Assembly (NCBI GenBank): GCA_963768055.1
Contig: CAVYGN010000001.1
Span: 1,312,001-1,376,000, forward strand
Length of the DNA stretch: 64,000 nucleotides
Direction: 5' to 3'
Source of the DNA: an uncultured Spirochaetota bacterium
GTDB lineage: Bacteria; Spirochaetota; Brevinematia; Brevinematales; JAOACQ01
Under the pieces are notes generated by a model. It ran no database searches and was not told the origin of the DNA. It saw only the letters and a program-made list of their open reading frames with translations. Below are positions 10,826 to 20,416 of the stretch, piece after piece. Made by a program: the position numbers and the translations under genes. How positions within the stretch are numbered: the first letter of the stretch is position 1; each line of letters opens with the position of its first letter.

Positions 10826-12121
10826 ATGATAAAATTTTTCATTGAAAATTACGGTTGCCAGATGAATTCCTCGGAAAAAGATTCACTGCATTTGAATTTA
10901 TTGGAAAACGGTTTTATCGAGGCCGCCGGCCCTTTTGAAGCCGATGTCGCCATTATCAATACCTGCTGCGTAAGAAAAACAGCGGAAGAACGGATCGAAG
11001 GCAGACTTGGTTATTACAGGGGTTTGAGGGACAAAAAAGGTTCATCCGTCAAAGTGGTCTTTATGGGATGTATGGCTCAGAACAGGGGCAGGGAAATTAT
11101 GGACAGGTTTCCCGACGTAGTCGCCGCTGTCTGGGGTACTTATAATAAAGACAGCGTAATTGAATTTATCAAACAACTTTCCGATAATTTCAACTATCTT
11201 GACCAGAAAACCTACCGCTTCATGGAAGCAGCCCCGGAAACCGGCCATAGGTTTAAAAGCTATGTTCCTATCTCACATGGTTGTAATAATTACTGCAGTT
11301 ACTGTATTGTCCCTCATGTCAGGGGGAAAGAGGTCTGCCGCAAATCCGGGGATATAATCGATAACATACAGGCCCTTATTGATAAAGGGGTTTTAGAAGT
11401 GACCCTCCTTGGCCAAAACGTTAATTCTTACAGGGACGGCAGAATAGATTTTCCCGAGCTCCTTGACAAAATATCGATTAAGACCGGAATACAACGCCTG
11501 TCATTTTTGACTTCTCATCCCAGGGATTTCTCAAAGGCCCTGGCGGATGTAATAAAAACCCATGATAATATATTAAAAACTGTCCACCTGCCCTTGCAAT
11601 CCGGTAATGACCGTATACTCTCACTCATGAACAGGAATTATACTTTTGATCAATATCTTGAAAAAATAGGATGGGTAAAAGAAATACCCGGAGTTTTCAT
11701 AAGCACCGATATAATAACAGGATTCCCTACTGAAACTGACACGGAATTCCTGGACACTCTTAATGCGATGAAGATTATCAGGTTTGATGAAGCCTTTATG
11801 TATTATTATAATCCGAGAAAAGGTACGCCGGCATGCAGTTTAAAACCTATTTTAACCATTGAAATCAAGAAACAAAGGCTTGCAGTTCTCATAAAACTCC
11901 AAAAACAGATCTTAAGCGAAAGGCTGTCACATTATATTGGATTTAAAACAAAGGCATTGATGGAATCGGTCAGCAGAAAGGATCCTAATGAGTTAACAGG
12001 ACGTTCTCAGAACGGCTTGATGGTTTTTTTAAAGGGAAATGAAAGTATGATCGGCAGGATACTTCCTGTAGAAATGGTTAGCCCAAGCGGTATGGGCCTC
12101 AAGGCGAAGATCATAGTGTAA
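10826..12121 (+). CDS. miaB: tRNA-2-methylthio-N6-dimethylallyladenosine synthase
   Basis: NYGCQMN, NTCCVRKTAE, radical SAM CNNYCSYC, LLGQNVNSY, HLPLQSG, C-terminal TRAM region. Confidence 0.92.
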   Translation: MIKFFIENYGCQMNSSEKDSLHLNLLENGFIEAAGPFEADVAIINTCCVRKTAEERIEGRLGYYRGLRDKKGSSVKVVFMGCMAQNRGREIMDRFPDVVAAVWGTYNKDSVIEFIKQLSDNFNYLDQKTYRFMEAAPETGHRFKSYVPISHGCNNYCSYCIVPHVRGKEVCRKSGDIIDNIQALIDKGVLEVTLLGQNVNSYRDGRIDFPELLDKISIKTGIQRLSFLTSHPRDFSKALADVIKTHDNILKTVHLPLQSGNDRILSLMNRNYTFDQYLEKIGWVKEIPGVFISTDIITGFPTETDTEFLDTLNAMKIIRFDEAFMYYYNPRKGTPACSLKPILTIEIKKQRLAVLIKLQKQILSERLSHYIGFKTKALMESVSRKDPNELTGRSQNGLMVFLKGNESMIGRILPVEMVSPSGMGLKAKIIV

Positions 12122-12140
12122 ACTCTTTCAACTCCCTGAT

Positions 12141-12337
12141 GGGCACTTCTAAAAACCGTCTTTCCACCGGACAAGCCGGTACAGGCAAGACGGTAAGGTA
12201 GTGCTTGCGTTTATACGCAAGTATAAATGCACCTGTCCTGGGGACTGGCACCAGGCCAGGCACCAGGGCCCGTTGGGCGATTTTTTAAAATTTAGAATTC
12301 TAATTGTTAATAACAAAGTTGGTTTTTAGAAACGTCC
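12141..12337. mobile_element. MITE-like element, long variant (197 bp)
   Basis: Ends GGGCACTTCTAAAAACC / GGTTTTTAGAAACGTCC form an imperfect inverted repeat; internal hairpins; same end motif as elements at 15203 and 29731. Confidence 0.75.
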
Positions 12338-12439
12338 TAATGATTTTTCAAAACAGGCAAGTTTTTTGACAAAATTACTGTTTCGATTCAAAATACTCAG
12401 TACGTTTTTAAAACGTTTGATTAATATCCGGGAGGAAAT

Positions 12440-12898
12440 ATGTCTAAAGACAATACTATGCATATCGATGAAAGTATGGTCGATACCGTTCTGGCAGAAG
12501 ACATTAATTTTCAGGGAACAATGAAGTTTACAAAATCCCTGATGATCAAGGGTAAATTCGAGGGTCAGATCGATGCTTCAGGCCACCTTATTATAGGCCC
12601 GAACGCGGCTGTCGGGGCTACAATCAAAGCGGGAGTCATTACCAATTACGGCCAGATCAATGGAAATGTCGAAGGCACAGAAAGGGTCGAATTGTACAAT
12701 CACGCAAAGCTTACAGGGGACATTAAGACGCCCGAAATTATTATCGAAAGCGGGTGTAATTTCAACGGCAACTGTGTTATGAGCGACAAAAAGCATGTCC
12801 AGGCGCCTGTCAGCAGCCAGGCTTCTCCACAGACTTCACAGGCTTCACAGGCCCAGAGTTCCTCAACTTCCGGCCAATCGCAAACCCATAGAAGATAA
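12440..12898 (+). CDS. Bactofilin (polymer-forming cytoskeletal protein)
   Basis: DTVLAEDINFQG...GKFEGQI...GNVEGTERVEL...GDIKTPEIIIESGCNFNGNCVM; S/Q-rich tail; GGAGG RBS. Confidence 0.9.
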   Translation: MSKDNTMHIDESMVDTVLAEDINFQGTMKFTKSLMIKGKFEGQIDASGHLIIGPNAAVGATIKAGVITNYGQINGNVEGTERVELYNHAKLTGDIKTPEIIIESGCNFNGNCVMSDKKHVQAPVSSQASPQTSQASQAQSSSTSGQSQTHRR

Positions 12899-12919
12899 CT
12901 GACAATTTAAATTCAGTCC

Positions 12920-12952
12920 CGTCCCTCACATTTATGCGGGGGACGTTTTTTT
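12920..12952 (+). terminator. Rho-independent terminator
   Basis: CGTCCCTCACAT-TT-ATGCGGGGGACG stem followed by T7. Confidence 0.8.
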
Positions 12953-12997
12953 GTACAATCGCATAATGTTTTTTATAAAAAAAGAACTGAGGATACG

Positions 12998-14088
12998 AAC
13001 CACAGATTTCACTGATGGCACAGATTGTTATTTTGGAATTATCAGTGAAATCATTTCCTAATTATTATTCCGCTAAGACATAAATGCTAAGATTCACTGT
13101 CCGGCCAGAGTGGGGGAAATACCCTACCCCGCCCTGCAACATCAAAATTTTAATGAAAAATTATAGCCACTGATACAAAATAAATTATTTTGTGATAATA
13201 TTTCTATAAAGAAAACAGTGGCTTTATAATAAACGAAAGATCAAGCCCACCTCTGCCTGGGAGTTGTATATGAAAAGAATGGAAATTTTATTGTTATTGA
13301 TTGCACTTACAGGGTGTTCGATAAGTCCAGGATCAAATTCTAATACAACTACTTGGTCTTATTCATCGGTTTCAGGAGTAATCTGTCCTGTGGGTTCTTA
13401 TTCAATCACTCCATCTAGTATCGCTACTAACCTTTTGTTAAATCATTTTGGTCCTGAAATAAAATCTAATCATACTCAGACTATTTATTATTTTTTGGGA
13501 GCAACTAATTCACTTATAAATAAAGAAGATATTAGTATTTTGTATGCCTGTGAACAAACTCCTATTATATTTAATAATAAATATCTGGATGTGGTAGATG
13601 AGCATTCATCAGTTGATAATACTTATATAGCCATTATGAACGTGGATGGTACAAATAATATAATAGCAATTATAGGACCATGAAACAGTTTCTAGAATGG
13701 TTCTTTAATTAATTAAGCAATAGAAATATGAATCCGCTATAATTGAGATCGCGTTCACATTTGCTGTGATTATTCCTTTTTTTTCCCAAGAATGCATGAA
13801 CCTAAATTTTTATCTTTAAAGAATTGATAAACAAATAGAAGTGTGCCAAAGATACCCACCATAGTCGCTATTGCATTCTCAATAAGATCATTTGTGTAGA
13901 ATAATATAAAATATGTTATCAAAGAAGATATAATCAGGAAAAATATTATGGGTCATCCGCCTGAATCATACTTAATTTGAAAAAAGTGGACATAGAAGTT
14001 ACCCTAATTATTGTCCTTATCAAAAAACAATATGGATTTCATACTGATTTCACAGATAAATCCGTGCAATCTGTGTTAATCTGTGGTT
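12998..14088. mobile_element. AT-rich cassette A bounded by 9-mer-unit inverted ends
   Basis: Left AACCACAGATTTCACTGATGGCACAGATT, right ATCCGTGCAATCTGTGTTAATCTGTGGTT; perfect 11-bp TIR; both ends homologous to cassette B. Confidence 0.65.
13270..13683 (+). CDS. Hypothetical lipoprotein (cassette A cargo)
   Basis: MKRMEILLLLIALTGC lipobox-like signal; GGAG RBS; AT-rich. Confidence 0.65.
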   Translation: MKRMEILLLLIALTGCSISPGSNSNTTTWSYSSVSGVICPVGSYSITPSSIATNLLLNHFGPEIKSNHTQTIYYFLGATNSLINKEDISILYACEQTPIIFNNKYLDVVDEHSSVDNTYIAIMNVDGTNNIIAIIGP

Positions 14089-14102
14089 TCAGTTTTGCGG
14101 CT

Positions 14103-14915
14103 TCAGTCCTCAAGTTCGAGAGTTTTTAAAAGATTCCTGAAATCATGAGGTATAGGGGCAGTTAAGGTAATATCCCTGCCTGTAAAGGGACACTTATAAA
14201 ATATTTGATACGAATGGAGCATCTGGCGGCTTACAATTTTAAGCAGCGGATCGGATATTTTTTTTAAGCCGAATTCCTTATCGCCGACTATCGGATGGCG
14301 GATTGACGAAAGGTGGATTCTTATCTGATGTTTCCTGCCTGTAACCGGTTCAACCCTGAAATAGGAGAAACCGTTCCTTTTTCCGATTAAAAAAACCCTT
14401 GTCAAAGCGGTTTTTCCATCGACTTCTCTATCAATTACAGTATTTTTGAAAACAGCCTCGTTATGCGAAATCGCAAGATACACCTTCCTTACTGACTTTT
14501 CCTTCCATATTTTTTTAAAGGCCTCAAAATATTGTTGTTTTTTAGCAAAAAGTATAGCTCCGGTAGTGTCCCTGTCAAGACGGTGGATTGCTTTTATTTC
14601 AATGTCATATCTTTTCCGTATTATCGATTCAAGCGATGCATTATTGTTATCAGAAATTATCCCTGAGGGTTTATTAACCGCTATGACAAAATCATCTTCG
14701 AAAATTACTGAAAATTCTGTGTTTATCTTTTTTTCCGGCTCGAATTCGATAATATCGCCGTTTTTTAACATATGGCCGGCCATCCATATCCGCCTGTTGT
14801 TGACAAACACACGGCGGGTATCAATGATCGCCTTTGCTTTTTTTTTTGAAATAATTAATTCTTTTGACAGGTATGATACCAGGTCAGTTTTATCTTTTAC
14901 TGTCCGGCGCTCCAT
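14103..14915 (-). CDS. RluA-family pseudouridine synthase with S4 domain
   Basis: VNKPSG, HRLDRDTTG, TGRKHQIRIH, IVGD, MLHS. Confidence 0.93.
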   Translation of the reverse strand: MERRTVKDKTDLVSYLSKELIISKKKAKAIIDTRRVFVNNRRIWMAGHMLKNGDIIEFEPEKKINTEFSVIFEDDFVIAVNKPSGIISDNNNASLESIIRKRYDIEIKAIHRLDRDTTGAILFAKKQQYFEAFKKIWKEKSVRKVYLAISHNEAVFKNTVIDREVDGKTALTRVFLIGKRNGFSYFRVEPVTGRKHQIRIHLSSIRHPIVGDKEFGLKKISDPLLKIVSRQMLHSYQIFYKCPFTGRDITLTAPIPHDFRNLLKTLELED

Positions 14916-15125
14916 TTATTCTCTTTCTTTATCCCCTTCAAAACTTATGGCCAGGCCGGCAATCACTGTGGCTATACCGATAATGACTACCGAGATTGAA
15001 AAAAAAGCAAAGGTGCTGTCATAATTAGTCGTAATAAAACTTATAAGAAAAAAACCGAAATAAGTAAGCAGTATACCGGTGATAATCATTATCCAGTTCT
15101 GCTTTTTCATTAAACTTCTTTTCAT
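14916..15125 (-). CDS. Small 2-TM membrane protein (DUF3098-like)
   Basis: KKQNWIMIITGILLTYFGFFL...; GGGAG RBS before ATG 15125. Confidence 0.55.
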   Translation of the reverse strand: MKRSLMKKQNWIMIITGILLTYFGFFLISFITTNYDSTFAFFSISVVIIGIATVIAGLAISFEGDKERE

Positions 15126-15202
15126 CTGCCACGCTCCCGCTTCAGGATAATAAAACATAATAAATTATAATTCATATTATAAAAATATTCAAAATTCTTT
15201 AC

Positions 15203-15312
15203 GGGCAGTTCTAATATCTCAAGAATATTACCATTTATAATAATATGTTTCTGTTTAACTTAATATGCATGCCCTATGGGCGCTTCCTATCCGAAGGTTT
15301 TTAGAAGCGCCC
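15203..15312. mobile_element. 110-bp MITE copy
   Basis: Inverted copy of 29731-29840 (103/110 identical by manual alignment); ends GGGCAGTTCTAA / TTAGAAGCGCCC. Confidence 0.85.
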
Positions 15313-15675
15313 TTATCTGAATAAGAGAAGTATCCCGATAACGCAGAATACGACTCCGGCCGCCTTGTAAAGGTTGAAAGTCTCGCCCAGGAACAAAACT
15401 GCAAATACAAACAAAAGAACGATAGCGCCGATACTGATTATTGGAAAAGCGACGTTAAGCTCGATTTTTGAAAGCGCAACCGCATAGGGAACAAAAGACA
15501 TGAGGGACAGGAAAGCCCCTGTCAAAAAGAGGGGATTCGATAATATCTTCATGATCGAAGCCGTCATATTGCCTTTCAGATCGACAGCCCCTGTCTGGTT
15601 CATTCCTATTTTTATCAATAACTGCGATACGACATTCAATGCTATCGACAGCAAAAGTAAAAGTTTATAAGCCAT
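15313..15675 (-). CDS. SMR/EamA-family small membrane transporter
   Basis: 4 TM; SQLLIKIG, ALSKIELNVAFP, FLGETFN motifs. Confidence 0.85.
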   Translation of the reverse strand: MAYKLLLLLSIALNVVSQLLIKIGMNQTGAVDLKGNMTASIMKILSNPLFLTGAFLSLMSFVPYAVALSKIELNVAFPIISIGAIVLLFVFAVLFLGETFNLYKAAGVVFCVIGILLLFR

Positions 15676-15741
15676 ATCATTCTCCCGTTAATTAATAATA
15701 TTTTATCGGCGGTTTTTTTAATGTTACGAGTAATCAGATAT

Positions 15742-15846
15742 GTCATTTCGAGGACCCGGCCGGGGGACGAGAAATCTTCCCTGGGGAGGATTTCTCCCCG
15801 CTAGAGCGGGATAAACCCTCAGGGTAAACCTTTCGGTCGAAATGAC
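15742..15846. repeat. REP-like palindromic element
   Basis: GTCATTTCGA...GAGAAATC / GATTTCTC...TCGAAATGAC nested inverted repeats, followed by TTACYYR heptamer repeats. Confidence 0.75.
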
Positions 15847-15959
15847 GATCTTCTTACTCATTACCCATTACTTGTATTCGTTACTTGTATTCTTGACAGC
15901 AAAATAAAAGCCTTCTATAATCTTACTTTCTTCATAACCGGTTATATTGGAGGCGTTTA

Positions 15960-17543
15960 TTGAGCGGCAAAATTTTTATCTACGATACAACACTCAGGGA
16001 TGGTAAACAGGCCGAAGGGGTCAGTTTTTCAAACGTTGATATGATCGCAATTGCAAAAAAGCTGGATAATTTCGGAGTTGATTACATAGAAGGCGGCTGG
16101 CCGGGCGCAAATCCAAAGGACAGGATTTTTTTTGAAGAGATTAAAAAAGTCGAACTTAAAAAAGCAAAGATCGCCGCCTTCGGCAGAACTCGCCATGCTA
16201 AAAACAAAGTCGGCGAAGACCCTGTTATAAAGGAACTTATTGATTCGGATACGCCGGTTGTTACAATTTTCGGAAAGGCTTCTTCATTACATGTCAGGGA
16301 TGTTTTTCGCATTGAACTCAAGGATAACCTTGAAATGATATACGACACTGTCGCTTATTTAAAAGAGAAGCAAAAAGAGGTCATTTTCGACGCGGAGCAT
16401 TTTTTTGACGGTTATAATGAAAACCCTGAATATGCTGTCGATTCTTTAAGGACCGCAGAAAGGGCCGGTGCGGATATATTGGTTTTATGCGATACAAACG
16501 GAGGAAAAATCCCTTACGAGATTTCAAATATCATAGCGAAACTCAGGAACGAAATTAAAACGCCTCTAGGCATTCATTGCCACAATGACAGCGGATGCGC
16601 GGTGGCAAATAGTATCGAAGCGGTGAGAAACGGCATTATTCATGTTCAGGGTACTATCAACGGAATCGGCGAGAGATGCGGAAATACAGATTTATGCTCG
16701 ATAATGCCGAACCTGATGTTCAAAATGGGCTTTACTTTTAATCATATTACAAAAGAGGGCATAAAAAAATTGATGGAGCTGTCGCATTATATCTATGAAA
16801 TAGCCAATATGGCCCCTGACAATAAGCAGCCTTATACGGGATTAAGCGCTTTCGCGCATAAAGCAGGGGTACATGCCGATGCGGTTGAGAAAAATACGGT
16901 CACTTATGAACATATTTCCCCGGAATTGGTAGGAAACCAGAGAAGGATCCTTATTTCCGAACAGGCTGGAAAATCTAATATCCTGGAAAAAGCCAGGGAA
17001 ATGGGAATAAAAATACAAAAACAATTCGTTCCGTTCCTCGTCGAAAGAATTAAAGACCTTGAAAATATGGGGTACGAATTCGAGGGAGCTGACGCCTCCT
17101 TCGAAATACTTATCAATAAGATTTCAGGCTTATTCAAGAATAAGTTCAATGTTGAATCTTTCAAGTCATTTACTTATATAAGAGAGGGCTCCAACCCGGT
17201 AATAGAGGCAACTGTCAAAATCAAGGTAGGCGAACTGGAGGAATTGACAGTGGCGGAGGGCGACGGACCTATCAATGCCCTTGATTCCGCCCTTAAAAAC
17301 GCTTTATCTGTTTTTTATCCGGTAGTAAAAAATATTAAGCTCCTGGATTATAAGGTGCGTATATTAAATCCCAAAGCGGGTACGGCCGCTATTACCAGGG
17401 TTCTTATTCAGTTCAGGTATAATGGGTATGAATGGGGTACAGTTGGTGTTTCAGGCAATATAATCGAAGCAAGCTGGCAAGCCCTTGTAGACAGCATGAA
17501 TTATATTTTGATGAAAATTGAAAGTGAAGAACGGCAAAGTTGA
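15960..17543 (+). CDS. cimA: Citramalate synthase (LeuA/CimA family)
   Basis: DTTLRDGKQAEG, YIEGGWPGANPKD, FDAEHFFDG, HCHNDSGCAVANS, SAFAHKAGVH, allosteric domain EGDGPINALD; TTG start with GGAGG RBS. Confidence 0.9.
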   Translation: MSGKIFIYDTTLRDGKQAEGVSFSNVDMIAIAKKLDNFGVDYIEGGWPGANPKDRIFFEEIKKVELKKAKIAAFGRTRHAKNKVGEDPVIKELIDSDTPVVTIFGKASSLHVRDVFRIELKDNLEMIYDTVAYLKEKQKEVIFDAEHFFDGYNENPEYAVDSLRTAERAGADILVLCDTNGGKIPYEISNIIAKLRNEIKTPLGIHCHNDSGCAVANSIEAVRNGIIHVQGTINGIGERCGNTDLCSIMPNLMFKMGFTFNHITKEGIKKLMELSHYIYEIANMAPDNKQPYTGLSAFAHKAGVHADAVEKNTVTYEHISPELVGNQRRILISEQAGKSNILEKAREMGIKIQKQFVPFLVERIKDLENMGYEFEGADASFEILINKISGLFKNKFNVESFKSFTYIREGSNPVIEATVKIKVGELEELTVAEGDGPINALDSALKNALSVFYPVVKNIKLLDYKVRILNPKAGTAAITRVLIQFRYNGYEWGTVGVSGNIIEASWQALVDSMNYILMKIESEERQS

Positions 17544-17553
17544 TTCGGCCTTT

Positions 17554-18360
17554 ATGAATAAAAAACCAATAGGTATTTTCGATTCGGGTGTCGGCGGACT
17601 GACAGTTGCCAGGGAAATTATAAAGCTTCTTCCCAATGAGACAATAATATATCTTGGCGATACGGCAAATTTTCCCTATGGGGAAAAGTCTGAGGATATC
17701 GTCAGGCAGTATTCGATCGCCAATACCAGATTCCTTCTTAAATTCGATATAAAGCTGCTGGTGGTGGCATGCAATACGGCATCATCGGTCGCGCTGGATT
17801 GCCTTAAGGAAAATTTTAATATTCCTATTATCGGGGTTATCGAGCCTGCGGCGAGGTGGGCAATTGATGCGACAAGGAACAATAAAATCGGCGTAATTGG
17901 AACGCACAGGACAATAAAAAGCGGTGTGTATGCAAGTACTTTGTCAGGCATTGATAAAACTCTATCTATTTTTTCAAAACCCTGCCCTCTTTTTGCTCCC
18001 CTTATAGAGGAAAATTTCATTAATCACGAAGCGACAAGATTAATTGCCTTTGAATATTTAAAGGAACTTAAAGAGAGCGGCATAGACACCCTGATACTGG
18101 GGTGTACTCACTACCCGCTTATATATCCGATAATTTCAGGCCTCTTGCCTGCCGTTAGATTGATCGATTCTGCTTTAGCGGCAGCCTATTCACTGAAGTC
18201 GGTTCTCGATTCGGGGGACCTTAGAGGGCCCGACGGCAGCACGGCTGAATACATGTTTTATGCTACGGATATAACGGAGAAATTAAATTTTCTTGCTAAA
18301 AGCATACTTGAAAATATTTTACCCGAAAAAGAAAACATTTTTAAAAAGATTGCTTTATAA
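17554..18360 (+). CDS. murI: Glutamate racemase
   Basis: IGIFDSGVGGLTV, PYG, VACNTAS, LILGCTHYP. Confidence 0.96.
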   Translation: MNKKPIGIFDSGVGGLTVAREIIKLLPNETIIYLGDTANFPYGEKSEDIVRQYSIANTRFLLKFDIKLLVVACNTASSVALDCLKENFNIPIIGVIEPAARWAIDATRNNKIGVIGTHRTIKSGVYASTLSGIDKTLSIFSKPCPLFAPLIEENFINHEATRLIAFEYLKELKESGIDTLILGCTHYPLIYPIISGLLPAVRLIDSALAAAYSLKSVLDSGDLRGPDGSTAEYMFYATDITEKLNFLAKSILENILPEKENIFKKIAL

Positions 18361-18407
18361 TTAAAGCATAAAAATATTTTGAAATTGGATATATTAGGAG
18401 AAAATTA

Positions 18408-19451
18408 ATGAAGCATATTTGGATTTTGATATTGATGTTTATCGCCCTTCAGGGAAGGGCGGACGTTGTCAACTCGATTGTAGCCAACGTCGGCCAATAT
18501 TCTATCTCGAAATTGGATATTCAAAAGATGTCCGAATTCCTCCAGATAAGTAAATCTACCAACAATGCTATGATAGAATTGATCATGGCTTATTCGGTTT
18601 TTACATCTATTGAAAATGACGATCAGATTGTATTCAGGGATAATGAAGTCGACAGCATCGTAAAAACTCTAACCAATACTAACAATACTTCGGATTCAAT
18701 GGCTAAGGCGCGCCAGCAGCTTTACCATGATTATCCTGACGAATATAAGCTGGAACTTAAAAAGAACCAGATAATCCGTTCTTTAGCTTACTATAAACCT
18801 GATATTAAAAGCAGTGTTGACGAAACAATTTCCGAAAAGGATATGACAAATTTTTACTTAAAGAACAAAAAGTATTTTATAAATGCTCCGTTATTGGATA
18901 TGTATATCATATCTGTTCCCCAACCTGCCGATGTCACTCTCGACAAACTTGACGAAATTGAACAAGCTCTTGCGGTACTTACCAATGCCCTTAAAAAAAG
19001 CGATGATGTAACTCCGCTTCTTGAAAAATATAAAAATTTATTAAAACCCGAACCATATTCAGGCAGGACAGGTTTTAAACCTATAAACGAGATTTATAAT
19101 GCCGGCTGTCCGGAAGAGCTTATCAATATCGCTTTAATGCAGAGCATTCCTATGCGTTCCGCTCCTCCATTAATTGTTAAGAACGGAACTATAATAGGTT
19201 ATGAAAAGTACCTTTTCAAGAATTCACCGAACAAAATCCATTATTTTATAATAAAATTAATTAACAGAAAATCAGAAACACAATCATCCTTCGAGGATTC
19301 CAGGGCTGCAATTGAAAATATTCTAAAGGAAGACAAACTCAGGACCGCCATTCAAAAATTTATCATTAACAAGATAAACCACGGTGAAATCACGGTCAAT
19401 ATCATCGATAAATCATATGAAGGAGTTTATGATGAATTTTTACGAAGGTAA
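18408..19451 (+). CDS. Exported protein, SurA/PPIase-like chaperone
   Basis: Signal peptide then VVNSIVANVGQYSISKLDI (SurA N-terminal-like); SFEDSRAAIENIL. Confidence 0.5.
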   Translation: MKHIWILILMFIALQGRADVVNSIVANVGQYSISKLDIQKMSEFLQISKSTNNAMIELIMAYSVFTSIENDDQIVFRDNEVDSIVKTLTNTNNTSDSMAKARQQLYHDYPDEYKLELKKNQIIRSLAYYKPDIKSSVDETISEKDMTNFYLKNKKYFINAPLLDMYIISVPQPADVTLDKLDEIEQALAVLTNALKKSDDVTPLLEKYKNLLKPEPYSGRTGFKPINEIYNAGCPEELINIALMQSIPMRSAPPLIVKNGTIIGYEKYLFKNSPNKIHYFIIKLINRKSETQSSFEDSRAAIENILKEDKLRTAIQKFIINKINHGEITVNIIDKSYEGVYDEFLRR

Positions 19452-19896
19452 ATTATCCGGGAAAGGCATCAGCCTAGCTATCGTGTACGGTAAATTCAAT
19501 TCCTTTATCGGCGACAAGCTTCTTGACGGAGCGGAGAACGCGTTCGATCAACTCGGCGGCGATCCTGCAAAGCTGGATATATATAAGGTGCCAGGAAGTT
19601 ATGAAATCGCCGGCCTTTGCAGGAAGTTGATACTGAAAAAAAAATATAACGCGATTATCTGCCTGGGTGTCATAATCAGAGGGCAAACCCCTCATTTCGA
19701 ATATATTGCATCAAACACCGCCAAAGCAATTATGGAACTTTCCCTTGAAGGCCCGATACCTGTCATATATGGTTTGATAACAGCTGACGATATGGATCAG
19801 GCTATTGACAGGGCCGGAACTAAAAGCGGGAATAAGGGTTATGACGCAGTGTTTACTGCTGTTGAAATGGCCAGTATTTATACCCAGATCGAATAA
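19432..19896 (+). CDS. ribH: 6,7-dimethyl-8-ribityllumazine synthase
   Basis: KFNSFI, VPGSYEI, LGVIIRGQTPHFEYI, QAIDRAGTKSGNKG; AGGAG RBS. Confidence 0.95.
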   Translation: MNFYEGKLSGKGISLAIVYGKFNSFIGDKLLDGAENAFDQLGGDPAKLDIYKVPGSYEIAGLCRKLILKKKYNAIICLGVIIRGQTPHFEYIASNTAKAIMELSLEGPIPVIYGLITADDMDQAIDRAGTKSGNKGYDAVFTAVEMASIYTQIE

Positions 19897-19915
19897 ATGA
19901 AAGGACAGTCAATTA

Positions 19916-20407
19916 ATGCCTGCCGGGAAACATGGCTTACGGGAAATGGGGAGGGAACTTGTTTTTCTTTCCCTTTACCAGTTTGATATATATCCTATTT
20001 CTCCTGCCGATTTAACAAGTTTCGAATGGTATGAAATCATGATCGGGGATAAAGACAGCGAGGAAGACCTTCTGTATATTCCTCCAAATAAAAGGAGGGA
20101 AATTTATGATTTCGGAGCCCAGCTCCTCAACGGTACAATATCGAACCTGAAAAAAATTGACGAAATTATAAACAAACATCTCGTTAAATGGAGTTTCAAC
20201 CGCCTTCATGCGGTAGATAAAGCAATTCTTCGGCTTTCCATTTATTCAATAATATACCGGTTCGATATTCCGGCCGAAGTTACAATATCCGAAGCGAACG
20301 AACTGTCGAATAAATACAGCGATGAGAATACATCAAACTATATTAACGGGATCCTTCATAGGGTAAAACAGGAATACAGGAAAAACATTCTTACAAAAAA
20401 TTCCTGA
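19916..20407 (+). CDS. nusB: Transcription antitermination factor NusB
   Basis: RELVFLSLYQ, WSFNRLHAVDKAILRL, EANELS, YINGILH; follows ribH. Confidence 0.92.
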   Translation: MPAGKHGLREMGRELVFLSLYQFDIYPISPADLTSFEWYEIMIGDKDSEEDLLYIPPNKRREIYDFGAQLLNGTISNLKKIDEIINKHLVKWSFNRLHAVDKAILRLSIYSIIYRFDIPAEVTISEANELSNKYSDENTSNYINGILHRVKQEYRKNILTKNS

Positions 20408-20416
20408 AAGCTGTCC

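Noticed and set aside
13101..13137. Group II intron domain V/VI relic
   Set aside because: Only a CCCTACCCC-like tail; no recognisable domain V.
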